A stretch of DNA of 64,000 bases from an uncultured cyanobacterium (GTDB lineage Bacteria > Cyanobacteriota > Cyanobacteriia > Cyanobacteriales > Nostocaceae), in assembly GCA_963740315.1 (NCBI GenBank), contig CAVUDP010000004.1, forward strand, positions 32,001-96,000, read 5' to 3'. Position 1 is the stretch's first letter; every line of letters begins with the position of its first letter. The position numbers and the translations under genes are program-made. This document shows, piece by piece, positions 1 to 10,633 of this stretch. Under the pieces are notes generated by a model, which was not told the DNA's origin, ran no database searches, and saw only the letters and a list, made by a program, of their open reading frames with translations.

Positions 1-1480
1 ACATTACACCGCGATCGCCAATTACTGTGTCGAATCCTTGAGGTAGTTTGGTGATAAATTCGTAAGCATTAGCGCGTTTGGCTGCTCCCATCACTTCCTC
101 ATCGCTAACTTGGAATTCTCCATAAGCAATATTGTTTCTGACGGAATCGTTGAAAAGGAAAGTGTCTTGCGATACTATTCCCATTGATTTTCGCAACGAT
201 TGTAAATCAAAATCTCGTAAATCTGTATTGTCAACAGTAATATTACCGGAAATTGGATCGTAAAATCTCGGTAATAAGTCGGCTAAAGTGGATTTACCCG
301 CACCCGAACCGCCGACTAAAGCTAGGGTAGTACCGCGAGGTAAATATAAATCTACGTCTTTGAGTATTAGTTTGTCGTGATTTGGGTAATTGAAAGAAAT
401 CGAATTGAAATGTATTCCTTTTTCTAACTTGGTAAACTTAACATCACCGTTACCCATAAACGGTTTATTTGTTGTATCTAAAAATTCTGTGACAATGCTG
501 ATGCTAGTAGTTATATTTGCAAGGTTACTTCGTAATGTATTTAATTGAGACATTAACGGCAGTACTCTTAATAAAATTAATAAGTATGTTAGTAGTACAG
601 CTGAAACTGTAGAAATTTGGGAGCTAAAAATAACACGACTTAAAAACACAATTCCTAATAAAGCCGAAATACCCATTACTTCACTAAGAGGTGCAATAGC
701 TTCAGAGTTTAACTGAGATTGAAAATCCGCCTCTTCCCGTTCTTTAATCAGCTTTGTGATTCTTTTAAATTCTTTATTTTCATTACCAGTTGATTTAACT
801 AAACGTATTCCATTCAGAGTTTCTAGCATGGCGATCGAATATCCTTTTGATACCTCGCTTAACTGCTTACCAAACTTTTTAGAACGGATAATTGCATACT
901 GATTTACTATGACTACTACAGATAATAATAAGGTTGCTGCAATAGTCAACTGCCAGGAAATTGAGATCAAAATTGCAGCGAAAACTAAGATTGTAATTCC
1001 CAAAGTTATTAATTTTACCATCAGCCGCAAAGCATTAGCAGCACGACCAGTTTCTCCACCAAGACGATTGATTAAGTCACCAACTTTCATCTTAGAGTAA
1101 TAATCAATATCAATTTCTAGTAATAACTGTAACCCCGCCTCACGTATATCTGTAGTTATCCTGCGCGTCAAACTACTAGATGTTAATGAACTGGCGTAAT
1201 TCGCGGCATTTTTTAATATAATTGTTAACAGAATTGTCCCTGCCATCAGCCCAAGGCGATAACTTTCTGGAAGATTGTCAAACGGAGACAAAATTGCTTT
1301 AATAATTGGAGGCGCACCAGTTAAATTTACTTCTTGTCCGACAATCTTTAAAATTACTGGGACAATTAGTGCGGTACCAACTCCATTAAACAAAGCTCCT
1401 GAAAAGCCTAAAACTATTGTGATAATAATCCAGCCGGGATAAGGTTTCGCAAATTTAATAAGTAGCTTATTTGTAGACAT
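1..1480 (-). CDS. ABC transporter permease/ATP-binding protein (HepA-like polysaccharide exporter), truncated by the left window edge
   Basis: Manual translation from ATG at 1480: MSTNKLLIKFAKPYPGWIIITIVLGFSGALFNG..., hydrophobic N-terminal half, Walker A ALVGGSGAGKST near 290-325. Lies downstream of two glycosyltransferases. Not in the ORF track because it is open at the edge. Confidence 0.9.
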   Translation of the reverse strand, partial: MSTNKLLIKFAKPYPGWIIITIVLGFSGALFNGVGTALIVPVILKIVGQEVNLTGAPPIIKAILSPFDNLPESYRLGLMAGTILLTIILKNAANYASSLTSSSLTRRITTDIREAGLQLLLEIDIDYYSKMKVGDLINRLGGETGRAANALRLMVKLITLGITILVFAAILISISWQLTIAATLLLSVVVIVNQYAIIRSKKFGKQLSEVSKGYSIAMLETLNGIRLVKSTGNENKEFKRITKLIKEREEADFQSQLNSEAIAPLSEVMGISALLGIVFLSRVIFSSQISTVSAVLLTYLLILLRVLPLMSQLNTLRSNLANITTSISIVTEFLDTTNKPFMGNGDVKFTKLEKGIHFNSISFNYPNHDKLILKDVDLYLPRGTTLALVGGSGAGKSTLADLLPRFYDPISGNITVDNTDLRDFDLQSLRKSMGIVSQDTFLFNDSVRNNIAYGEFQVSDEEVMGAAKRANAYEFITKLPQGFDTVIGDRGVM

Positions 1481-1523
1481 GAAGCAAAATTCGGGAAGTT
1501 ATTAATATGAGTAAGGATAATGA

Positions 1524-2678
1524 TTATAGACTCGAAATTACTTGAGATAATGTAGATGCCATAGTTTCTAAACTATATTTTTCCACACACTTTTCTCTTG
1601 CCCGTTGACCTTTTTCGCAAGCTTCTTCTAAATTATTAAATATTAATTCAATTTGCTCGGCAATTTGGTCGGGAGAACTGGGGTCTACTAAATAACCAGT
1701 ATCACCCAAAATATCGGGAATATCACCTACGCGAGTTGATAATACAGGTTTAGCCATTGCCATTCCATCTGATAGCTTCAAGGGAAACTGAGCGCGAGCG
1801 GTTAAAGTATCTCGCTGTGGAACAACCACCACGTGTGCCGCCGCCAGAATTTCAGGCATTGCCTCCACGGGACACTTTGGCAACTTGATAATCCAACGTC
1901 CCCATTTTTCAATTAGGCGATCGTCATAGTCATCGTATGGACTTCCACCTACGATCGCAAGTCTTAAATCCGCTTGGTTCAACTTGTCCAAGGCAATTAA
2001 AACATCTTCAACCCCTTTATGGGGTCTTGGTGCGCCAGGAAACATCAAAACTCGGTACTCGGACAAACCGTAACGTTCTCTACTTGCCTTTGCGTCATAC
2101 TTATGGGGGGAAAACATTGCAGTGTCTTTGCCATTAGGTACGTAAACACCTCCAAAACGGTCTTGAAGAAATTGGGTATCTATAGTTACCGCATCTGCTT
2201 TTGAAACTAACTTTTCTATCCACTGAAGATACAGCGGATGATCTGGAAATCTCAATGCTCCATTCTGCTTAAAAATATCTCGATAAAGTTGCTTAGGACT
2301 CGGACGATACTTCCATTTTTCACCACCATGCCAACTAAGTTCCCAGTCATCCATATCTAAAATTACAGGACGATGGCGGTTGAGTTTCGCCAATAAAGAC
2401 ACGCCAAAACTTGTAGGTTTAGGTTTTACCGCGTAAATTATATCCCCATCTAGTTTTTGTAAAAGTTGTCGAGTTGAGCTAATAAACTCAGGATAATTCG
2501 TGCCCGCAATCGATACAACTGATATTTTAGAAGGAGGTATAGCATACAATTCCTTCCCAAATAAAAACCCTACAACTTCGACCGAAAAATCCATTTTTTT
2601 TAAGACTTGTGCTAGTAAAAAAGCTCGAATGCTTCCGCCTCCAGCTAAATCACTAACGACTAATGAAACTTTTTTCAT
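1524..2678 (-). CDS. Glycosyltransferase family 4 (GT-B)
   Basis: HKGVEDV, FPLKLSDGMAMAKPVLSTRVGDIPDIL and GYLVDP motifs typical of the GT4 C-terminal domain. Confidence 0.9.
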   Translation of the reverse strand: MKKVSLVVSDLAGGGSIRAFLLAQVLKKMDFSVEVVGFLFGKELYAIPPSKISVVSIAGTNYPEFISSTRQLLQKLDGDIIYAVKPKPTSFGVSLLAKLNRHRPVILDMDDWELSWHGGEKWKYRPSPKQLYRDIFKQNGALRFPDHPLYLQWIEKLVSKADAVTIDTQFLQDRFGGVYVPNGKDTAMFSPHKYDAKASRERYGLSEYRVLMFPGAPRPHKGVEDVLIALDKLNQADLRLAIVGGSPYDDYDDRLIEKWGRWIIKLPKCPVEAMPEILAAAHVVVVPQRDTLTARAQFPLKLSDGMAMAKPVLSTRVGDIPDILGDTGYLVDPSSPDQIAEQIELIFNNLEEACEKGQRAREKCVEKYSLETMASTLSQVISSL

Positions 2679-2704
2679 GATATATGGAAGTTTATTTAAT
2701 AATG

Positions 2705-3730
2705 CTATAGCTGTTGCGTCTTTGTTTTACTGCCAAATAACCCCTCGAAAAATGTGATGATTTTGTGCGATCGTGGTCCTCTTGCTTTTTCATAAATTAA
2801 AAAGCTAGGAGTAATTAAGCGAACCATATATAATAGTTTTATGATAGATACATGGTAAATTTTGATTTTTTTATTTAATAACTCTAAAGGAGGAACAAAT
2901 AATTTCAGGAGTCGAGAAAAATTATTATGCTCTTTTTCTCTAATTGCTTCTTCGAGCAGAAAATTAACCCCAACTTGACATAAGGGAATCAAATCCTTGT
3001 GCTTTGAGCAAACCGTCTCGTAAAACATAATGTAATAGTTTTTCATGTAAGACCAATTATTAGTTGTATTTGACTGATGTTTCGTATAAAATGCTCCCAC
3101 TAATGGGGTGTAGACAAATTTGACACCTGCTACAAGCAAATCTGCTGTAAAATCTCTATCTTCGACAGCTTTAAGCCTAAGATCGAACATTTTTTTGTCA
3201 AGAACGTTTCTATGCATCAGCAGACATTGCTGAAGCAAGGGAAATGGGGAATTAGCTAAAAAGTCTGGGATCAATAAACGTTTAATTAATTGCTCTGAAG
3301 TTAAACAACCAACGATATTTTCCTGTCTGTTGGTAATATGCTGCTCTTTATCTAAAAATACGCGCTCATAATCTGTATAAAATACAGTATTCTCGTCATC
3401 TACTTGATTTGAATAGCTTAATTGAAATCTAATTTTATCTTCGTGAATCCAGTCATCTCCATCTAAAAACTGAATCCACTTACCTTGCGCTTGTTTAAAG
3501 CCAAAATTTCGAGATGAGGATACCCCACCATTTTCTTTATAATAGTAACTAACTCGTGGATCGTAACTTTTTAACTGCTCGGCTACTTCTTGAGTGTTAT
3601 CGCTAGAGCCATCATCTACAATAATGCATTCTAAGTCTGTAAATGTTTGTGCAAGTACACTTTTAACTGAGCGTTCTAGGTAGCCAGCTTGATTGAAACA
3701 GGTAACAACGATGGAAACAACTGGAGTCAT
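2705..3730 (-). CDS. Glycosyltransferase family 2
   Basis: VSIVVTCFN...IIVDDGSSD...NGGVSSSRN...FLDGDD GT-A motifs. Confidence 0.92.
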   Translation of the reverse strand: MTPVVSIVVTCFNQAGYLERSVKSVLAQTFTDLECIIVDDGSSDNTQEVAEQLKSYDPRVSYYYKENGGVSSSRNFGFKQAQGKWIQFLDGDDWIHEDKIRFQLSYSNQVDDENTVFYTDYERVFLDKEQHITNRQENIVGCLTSEQLIKRLLIPDFLANSPFPLLQQCLLMHRNVLDKKMFDLRLKAVEDRDFTADLLVAGVKFVYTPLVGAFYTKHQSNTTNNWSYMKNYYIMFYETVCSKHKDLIPLCQVGVNFLLEEAIREKEHNNFSRLLKLFVPPLELLNKKIKIYHVSIIKLLYMVRLITPSFLIYEKARGPRSHKIITFFEGLFGSKTKTQQL

Positions 3731-5714
3731 TGGTTAAACAATTCTATGGTTTTTTAGCCTTAATTGCTACTAAGTACTTATTAGTAACTAGTTTATTATA
3801 GGCGGGGAATTCGTAGATACACCAAAAAACTTCTAGCTATGCCTTTATCTAAGCTGTATAAATAGCTGCAATAGTCGGCACTTCTATTCAGATACTGGCA
3901 CGCTCTAGATAAAACAGTGCTGTGTATATGCGATTAATTGATGGCATTTGATATGCTTCTATAGAACTTCAGATAACTCTGAAAGATAATGGTTCCCAAA
4001 CTACGATATTTTCTGGTGTATTATAGCTGTAATCAAAAGCCATGTAATCGAAACCTAACGCAATACGTGCCAGTTGCAATTGTTGATGGTTGGAAATAAC
4101 AGACTCAATTAGTATCCAACCTGGAAAATAGTGAAAAAGTTTTGGTTAACCTAATAAATACTGTAATCATTGGCTGTTTATATTTATAAACCTAGATATA
4201 ACAGTAGATATAACAAAAACTGAACCATAATTAATAGCTGAATTTAACTGAGAAAGCATTAACATCTTAAAGGTAGAGCAAATATTAATGATGTCTTAGT
4301 TCAGAATTTATTCCAAATTTAACTTTTCAAACAATTGAAAACTAATCTATCTACAATGATATTTTATAAAAAGGAACAGAAATAAATTTAACTTTATATA
4401 TACTCTTTCTTCTAGAGTAATTCTACTGATATATTAAATATCAGGTTCCAAATATATCGAATTCTTCACGATTAATACGGTATACAGGTAAAAATTTCGT
4501 ATTATAGCTGAGCGCTAATATAAAAACGGCATCTACTACTTACCCTACGAATTTACCGATCGCTATAGAATAGCTTAAAATCCACTTTAAAAAAAAAACG
4601 GGTTTCTTAATTTTCGCTAATTACTTAGAAATCTTAAAAAATGGGATGTCAGTTGGCATACAAAGTGGATAATATATAGTATTTATTCGTAATCGTCTTT
4701 TTACTTAAGTAATTTAATTAAATTTACATAAGCGTTTTCACTGCTGCTTTAAGAATTATTCATACAAATTACGTAATATTCACAGTATTTATATGCTTTT
4801 TTCATCATGCATTTGTTAGATATGAGTCATAAGATATTTATCTAAGGAGAAAATTACGGATTAAAGCTTTTGACATACATAGCCTCGACAATTGAAAAAC
4901 TTTGCTCATAGTAAAAATTCTTTCAATTATCAGGTTCGATCGGTCGTTTTTGTACGCATAGTAACAATTTCCACTTTAATTGTTTCAAAATTAATACGTA
5001 CTTTACATAAACCAAACACTGTGATAATAGATAGCGTGTTATGCTCATCTCAGGGATCGATCAGTATAAACACTAGTTCTCTACACAAAGAACTATTTTA
5101 TTACTGTTATTTGCACTACTTGTCTGCGGTAAATAAAACTACGTTTATATTTAACTTTTAGGCTTAGCTATAAAAGTTATTACTAAAACTGTTAGATTAT
5201 CGCTTTTGTTATGCTTACTATGCTCAAAAGGCTAAATAAAAACTAAAAAGCTTGCGATACAAGAAATACTTTTCCAGTATTTGAAGTATTAAAGATTTAA
5301 TTTAGCTATATTTATTAATTATTAACTTAATAAACTGACATATTCGGTATGAGAAAAATATTTTTATTATCTAACTTAAAAAGAAATAATCTCGATCGCA
5401 TACTATTTTGCTAGTTTTTGATTTGCCTGTTTTAAGTTCAGATAAATAGGACTAATAAATTTCAGGTAGTCAATATTTACTTTGCAATTATGTTGAATTT
5501 AGCATACTTGTTCGTCGGGGAAGTCTTTTTGCTCCTAGTTTAGCGCGGCGCGTTCAAAAAACATATTTCTATGCCTGGAAAAGGTGTAGGGGTTATGTTT
5601 GCGGAAATAAGACTGTTAATAACAATACTTTTCGGCGCAACATCCGTTCAACAAATGTTTTATTCGGATGAATTATCAACTCACTTAATATTTTTGAATT
5701 AACTTGAGGATAAA

Positions 5715-8700
5715 ATGGCACAAAATAATCAGAATAATAATCATACCGCAAAAGCATTTTTCGCGATCGATCCTAGCGGCAGTAGTATCAATAACAGTAC
5801 TTATGCTAACGGCAGTTTTCGGATTACAAATAATTCCACAAACGGTGAAAAAATAAACAAAGTTACTATTGATTTGAGTACTAGTATTTTTCCAGATTTA
5901 GTATTCGATCCTGATGGTAAAGCCGGGGACCCAGTTGGTAAGGGATTTGCAGTTGATAGTCAGGGAGGAACCGGATTAGTTAAAGGTAATTTTATTAAAC
6001 TTCATGATGATGGTTATGATGCATTAGAAATATTTTTTAATGATTTCGATCCAGGTGAAACATTTACTTTTTCTGCTGATATCGATCCAACAAGCGTCAG
6101 GGGTTTACCTCAACCCGGTCCCCAAGAATCTGCAAGTGTATCGGGATTGGAATTGATAGGTTCAAAAGTAACGGTAGATTTTGATAATAATGCCACATAT
6201 ACGGGACAAACTTACAGAATTCCTGATAGTTTAGATGGCTCGCAAGCTGTAATTAAAGCTAATTTACCGGACAAACTTGCAATCGAAGTTTTAGGCTTAT
6301 CTCCTTTACCTGCGGTGTCAGAACTTAATCAAATTAGAGTTACGGGTACCCCAGGTGAGGAGGTTGCATTATTAGCAGTTGAGGGAGGTTTATTTCTTGA
6401 TGATAATGATGGCTTTGATATTGAGCCAATGGAGGCTAATTCCGCGATACAAGTTCAGGAAAAGACTGCAACCATCGGTGCAAATGGTTATGTAGATATC
6501 CCTATTACATTGCAAGACTCATTGAAAGATTCTGAAAATAAGGGAGGAATCAATCATCTTGTGGCAGTCGCTAAAGATTCAGAGGGTAATACAGGCTTAC
6601 TTTCTGATGTCAAAATAGTAGATATTCAATCTAACTTAACTCCAACACCAGCAACACCAGATCCCAACCCATCAAACATTATTCGTATTAACGCTGGTGG
6701 AGATGCTTACACAGATGTGAATGGGAATTTGTGGAGTGCTGACCAATATTCTACTGGAGGTCGTAAGTATTCCACTAAAGCCGATATCGCCAATACAGAT
6801 GACGATAAGCTGTACCAAACTGAACGCTGGACAAAAGATTTATCCTACGTTATCCCAGTCTCAAATGGTGACTATAAAGTAACTGTTAAGTTTGCAGAAC
6901 TGTATTGGGATAGTACAAATAAAAGAAGCTTTGATTTATCTGCTGAAGGTAAGTTGGTTATTGATGACCTTGATATCTTTACAGCAGCAGGAGGTAAAAA
7001 TACTGCTTTAGATAAATCTTTTGACGTTACTGTCAGCGATGGCAGCTTAAATTTAGATTTTCTGACTAATTCTGATAATGCGAAGTTAGCAGCAATTGAG
7101 ATTATTGGCAGTTCTGCACCCACACCAGATCCAATTCCAGATCCAACACCAGATCCAGATCCAAATCCAGATCCAAATCCAGAGCCCAACCCAACAAACA
7201 TTATTCGTATTAATGCTGGTGGAGATGCTTACACAGATGTAAATGGGAATTTGTGGAGTGCTGACCAATATTTTAGTGGAGGTCGTAAATATTCTACTAA
7301 AGCCGATATCGCTAAAACAGAAGATGATAAGCTGTACCAAACTGAACGCTGGACAAAAAATTTATCCTACGTTATTCCAGTCTCAAATGGTGACTATAAA
7401 GTAACTGTTAAGTTTGCAGAACTCTATTGGGATAGTACAAATAAAAGAAGCTTTGATTTATCTGCTGAAGGTAAGTTGGTTATTGACGATCTTGATATCT
7501 TTACAGCAGCAGGAGGTAAAAATACTGCCTTAGATAAATCTTTTGACATTACTGTCAGCGATGGAAGCTTAAATTTAGATTTTCTGACTAATTCTGATAA
7601 TGCGAAGTTAGCAGCAATTGAGATTATTGGCAGTTCTGCACCAACTCCAAATCCAACTCCAGATCCAACATCAGCAATTCGCATCAATGCTGGTGGTAAT
7701 GCCTATACCGATACAGCAGGTAATGTATGGAGTGGGGATAAGTATTTTGATGTAGGAAGAACATTTTCTACCACTTCTGATATTTTCAAAACAGAAGATG
7801 ACACCTTATATCAGACAGAACGCTGGGCTAAAAATCTGGGATATTCCATACCTGTTAACGATGGTAATTACAGAGTTAATCTACATTTTGCAGAAAATTA
7901 TTTCACTGACTTCAACAAACGTTTATTTGATGTATCTGTAGAAGGAGAAAAAGTTATTGATGACTTAGATATTTTTGCTAAATCTAAGAATGCTTTTTTC
8001 CCTGGGAAAGATTCCGCTTATATCTACTCTGTTGATGAGGTAAATGTTACGGATGGTTTTTTAAATCTGGATTTGGATGCGAGTATAGATAACGCCAAAC
8101 TTTCTGCAATTGAAATTATTTCTCTCACCGGACCTCAAGTTATTTTTAAACAAACAGATGGTAATACCTCTGTAATTGAAGGTGAAACAACAGGAGACAG
8201 TTATTCTATAATTTTAAACAGTCAACCAACTGCGGATGTGACTGTAGACTTAGATTTTAATAATCAGATCGCCACAAATACTAATAGCGTTACCTTTACT
8301 CCAAATAATTGGAATATACCTCAAAGCATTACGGTTGCTGCTGTAGACGATCGCCTTGCAGAGGGAAATCAAATCGTAAATATTGCTCACACTATTATTA
8401 GCGATGACAATGATTATAAAAATCTCAGCCTGCCTAAAATAGCTGTTTCTGTAGGTGATGACGATACGGTTGCGATCGCCTTTAACGAAAAGAAGACGGT
8501 TGCAACTATGTCCCTACCAACAGCAGCAGCCTGGGGACCCGATGGTAGACTGTATGTTGGTTCATATTTGGGTGAAATCAAAGCGTATACTTTTGATGGT
8601 AATTACAACGTTATCGATACCCAAACTATAACTACTTTGGAGGGGCTATCGAATAAAAATATATTAGGTATAGCCTTCAACCCATACGATACTTCTGACT

Positions 8701-9983
8701 CCCCTACTATCTACGTATCTCATAACGAACTTTATGCTAACGGCGGTAAGGATTTTCCAAAAACTGAATTATCTCCCTACAGCGGACAGATATCAACATT
8801 AGAAGGACCCGACTTTTCTAGAGTTCAAGCATTAATAACTGGACTACCAGTATCCAATCACGACCACGGTGTCAATAGTATGACCTTCGATAACGAAGGC
8901 AATTTATATGTTGCTGTTGGTGGGAATACAAATGCAGGTATACCAGCAGACAAAATTGGTGGAATTCCGGAATCCCCCTTCGCAGCGGCAATTTTAAAGG
9001 CAGAAATTACAAAACCTGATTTTAATGGTGAAATTAAATATCAACTACCTGCTGATTTTGTGCCCCCGCAAGGATTAACATTCGATCCCGCAGAAAGTCA
9101 GGTATTTGGAGATGTCGCAAAGGTTGTAGATGGAGTGGATGTATCTGTATATGCCAGCGGTCTACGTAATTCTTTTGATTTACTCTGGACAACACAAGGA
9201 TTAATGTATGCCACAGATAACGGACCGAATGGTGGATTTGGGGATGTATCAACTTCTGCAACAACTCAAAAGCCAGTTAAAAACGCACCAGATGAATTAA
9301 ATTTAATTATAGAAGATGGATATTACGGTCATCCGAATCGAAATCGGGGACAAGACGATCCCCGTCAAAATTTTTACTACACCGACAAAGACTCTACTAT
9401 CGACGGCGTTTATAATGCACCGTTAACAACTTTCTCCGCATCTACTAACGGTATTGATGAGTATCGCGCAAATACATTTGGCGGACAGATGCGAGGTAAC
9501 TTGATTACTCAAAAGTGGAATGGGGAATCATTTAATGTGACTTTATCCCCAGATGGTACTCAAGTCGTAAATCAAGAAGTTTTAAACCCCCAATCCAAAG
9601 CCTTAGATATATTAACAGGTCCGGGAGGAGCGATCGTAGGCATTAATATGAGTGGCGGTAAAATTGAAGTTTCAACCCCCAATGATATTACAGTAAGTGG
9701 TGCAACTGCTTATGATATTTTCCCTTGGAGAGCGCCTGCTACAGGAGGTAACTTATTTATCATTGGCGGTGAAGAATTTGGAGATTTGAGCAACACCAGC
9801 GTTACTATTGGCTCGGAAATTGTCACCTTGACTTCAGTTTCAGATAACCAAATTATGGGTATCCTACCTTCATTCGATCGTGTTTCAGGCGACTTGTTAG
9901 ACATTTTAGTAACAAGCCACGGTGAGACTTCTATAATTAGTGATGCATTTTTACCATTAACAGGTTCAGCGCACTTTGTTTAA
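5715..9983 (+). CDS. Large multidomain carbohydrate-binding protein: three malectin domains, Calx-beta-like domain, glucose/sorbosone-dehydrogenase-like beta-propeller, C-terminal IPT/TIG-like domain
   Basis: Three IRINAGG...LYQTERW...FAE malectin units with PT/PD linkers; WGPDGRLYV, YASGLRNSF and DNGPN propeller motifs; GAGGA RBS upstream. Confidence 0.8.
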   Translation: MAQNNQNNNHTAKAFFAIDPSGSSINNSTYANGSFRITNNSTNGEKINKVTIDLSTSIFPDLVFDPDGKAGDPVGKGFAVDSQGGTGLVKGNFIKLHDDGYDALEIFFNDFDPGETFTFSADIDPTSVRGLPQPGPQESASVSGLELIGSKVTVDFDNNATYTGQTYRIPDSLDGSQAVIKANLPDKLAIEVLGLSPLPAVSELNQIRVTGTPGEEVALLAVEGGLFLDDNDGFDIEPMEANSAIQVQEKTATIGANGYVDIPITLQDSLKDSENKGGINHLVAVAKDSEGNTGLLSDVKIVDIQSNLTPTPATPDPNPSNIIRINAGGDAYTDVNGNLWSADQYSTGGRKYSTKADIANTDDDKLYQTERWTKDLSYVIPVSNGDYKVTVKFAELYWDSTNKRSFDLSAEGKLVIDDLDIFTAAGGKNTALDKSFDVTVSDGSLNLDFLTNSDNAKLAAIEIIGSSAPTPDPIPDPTPDPDPNPDPNPEPNPTNIIRINAGGDAYTDVNGNLWSADQYFSGGRKYSTKADIAKTEDDKLYQTERWTKNLSYVIPVSNGDYKVTVKFAELYWDSTNKRSFDLSAEGKLVIDDLDIFTAAGGKNTALDKSFDITVSDGSLNLDFLTNSDNAKLAAIEIIGSSAPTPNPTPDPTSAIRINAGGNAYTDTAGNVWSGDKYFDVGRTFSTTSDIFKTEDDTLYQTERWAKNLGYSIPVNDGNYRVNLHFAENYFTDFNKRLFDVSVEGEKVIDDLDIFAKSKNAFFPGKDSAYIYSVDEVNVTDGFLNLDLDASIDNAKLSAIEIISLTGPQVIFKQTDGNTSVIEGETTGDSYSIILNSQPTADVTVDLDFNNQIATNTNSVTFTPNNWNIPQSITVAAVDDRLAEGNQIVNIAHTIISDDNDYKNLSLPKIAVSVGDDDTVAIAFNEKKTVATMSLPTAAAWGPDGRLYVGSYLGEIKAYTFDGNYNVIDTQTITTLEGLSNKNILGIAFNPYDTSDSPTIYVSHNELYANGGKDFPKTELSPYSGQISTLEGPDFSRVQALITGLPVSNHDHGVNSMTFDNEGNLYVAVGGNTNAGIPADKIGGIPESPFAAAILKAEITKPDFNGEIKYQLPADFVPPQGLTFDPAESQVFGDVAKVVDGVDVSVYASGLRNSFDLLWTTQGLMYATDNGPNGGFGDVSTSATTQKPVKNAPDELNLIIEDGYYGHPNRNRGQDDPRQNFYYTDKDSTIDGVYNAPLTTFSASTNGIDEYRANTFGGQMRGNLITQKWNGESFNVTLSPDGTQVVNQEVLNPQSKALDILTGPGGAIVGINMSGGKIEVSTPNDITVSGATAYDIFPWRAPATGGNLFIIGGEEFGDLSNTSVTIGSEIVTLTSVSDNQIMGILPSFDRVSGDLLDILVTSHGETSIISDAFLPLTGSAHFV
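6675..7642 (+). repeat. Intragenic tandem duplication of a malectin domain (6675-7120 and 7197-7642, offset 522 nt)
   Basis: Near-identical nucleotide copies separated by a CCAGAT/CCAAAT (Pro-Asp/Asn) microsatellite linker. Confidence 0.95.
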
Positions 9984-10116
9984 GGAGACTAGTGGGTGAG
10001 GGGGAAGAGGGGGAAGAGGGGGAAGAGGGGGGAGAAAAAACAATAGTTTTTAGAATACACCCATCAAAACTAATGAAAAGGACTACTAATACTCCAAGAA
10101 ATTATAAGGGGTTCAG

Positions 10117-10139
10117 GTAGTGCGAGCGTCTCGCTCGCT
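10117..10139 (+). repeat. GTAG-type REP half (same family as 58011-58066)
   Basis: GTAGTGCGAGCGTCTCGCTCGCT: GTAG followed by a GCGAGC/GCTCGC hairpin. Confidence 0.65.
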
Positions 10140-10390
10140 GGTTGCTTTTAGGTGGCTGGTTGCTTTTAGCTCGCTCGCTGGTTGCTTTAATGCCCGGTGA
10201 AGGTGGGGAGTAGGGATTAGGCAGTAGGGAGTATAGGAAAAAAGTTATTAGTGAAGAGTTAAAAAATGTTGGAAAAAATCTCCGAATAATTTCTACAATC
10301 TGTGCCCCCGAAGTAAATTCAATTGATTGACATACTGAGCTTTTATTTACGTATTAATCGGGAAGCGATCGCATATTATCTAAATTTTAA

Positions 10391-10484
10391 TAAGACTTAC
10401 GCAACCGCAACGATTATTAAGCATCAACGAGTTTTAGATCCCCCCAACCCCCCTTCGGAGTTGGGGGGCTTTGCGTAATTACTA
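10391..10484. mobile_element. 94-bp MITE-like dispersed repeat (inverted copy at 61677-61770, partial copy at 13091-13140)
   Basis: Ends TAAGACTTACGCA...TGCGTAATTACTA with an internal C-run/G-run hairpin; aligns with the reverse complement of 61677-61770. Confidence 0.8.
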
Positions 10485-10633
10485 TTTAATTTATTGTCTG
10501 TTAGCAACGATAAATTAAAGTTTTTATATATATTGGACTAGATGTTGGTAAAATCAACGAGGCAAATTACTAAAACTTCAGTTACAAGAGTAATGTTACG
10601 TTTGTTACTCAGGTAACTAAAGTTAATTTTATA

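Noticed and set aside
4892..5161. 89-aa ORF in the long intergenic region
   Set aside because: TTG start, no RBS or recognisable motif; probably a chance ORF in AT-rich DNA.
6872..7687. Antisense ORFs with GSG or WIWI repeats
   Set aside because: They are shadows of the malectin duplication and its Pro-Asp linker on the opposite strand.
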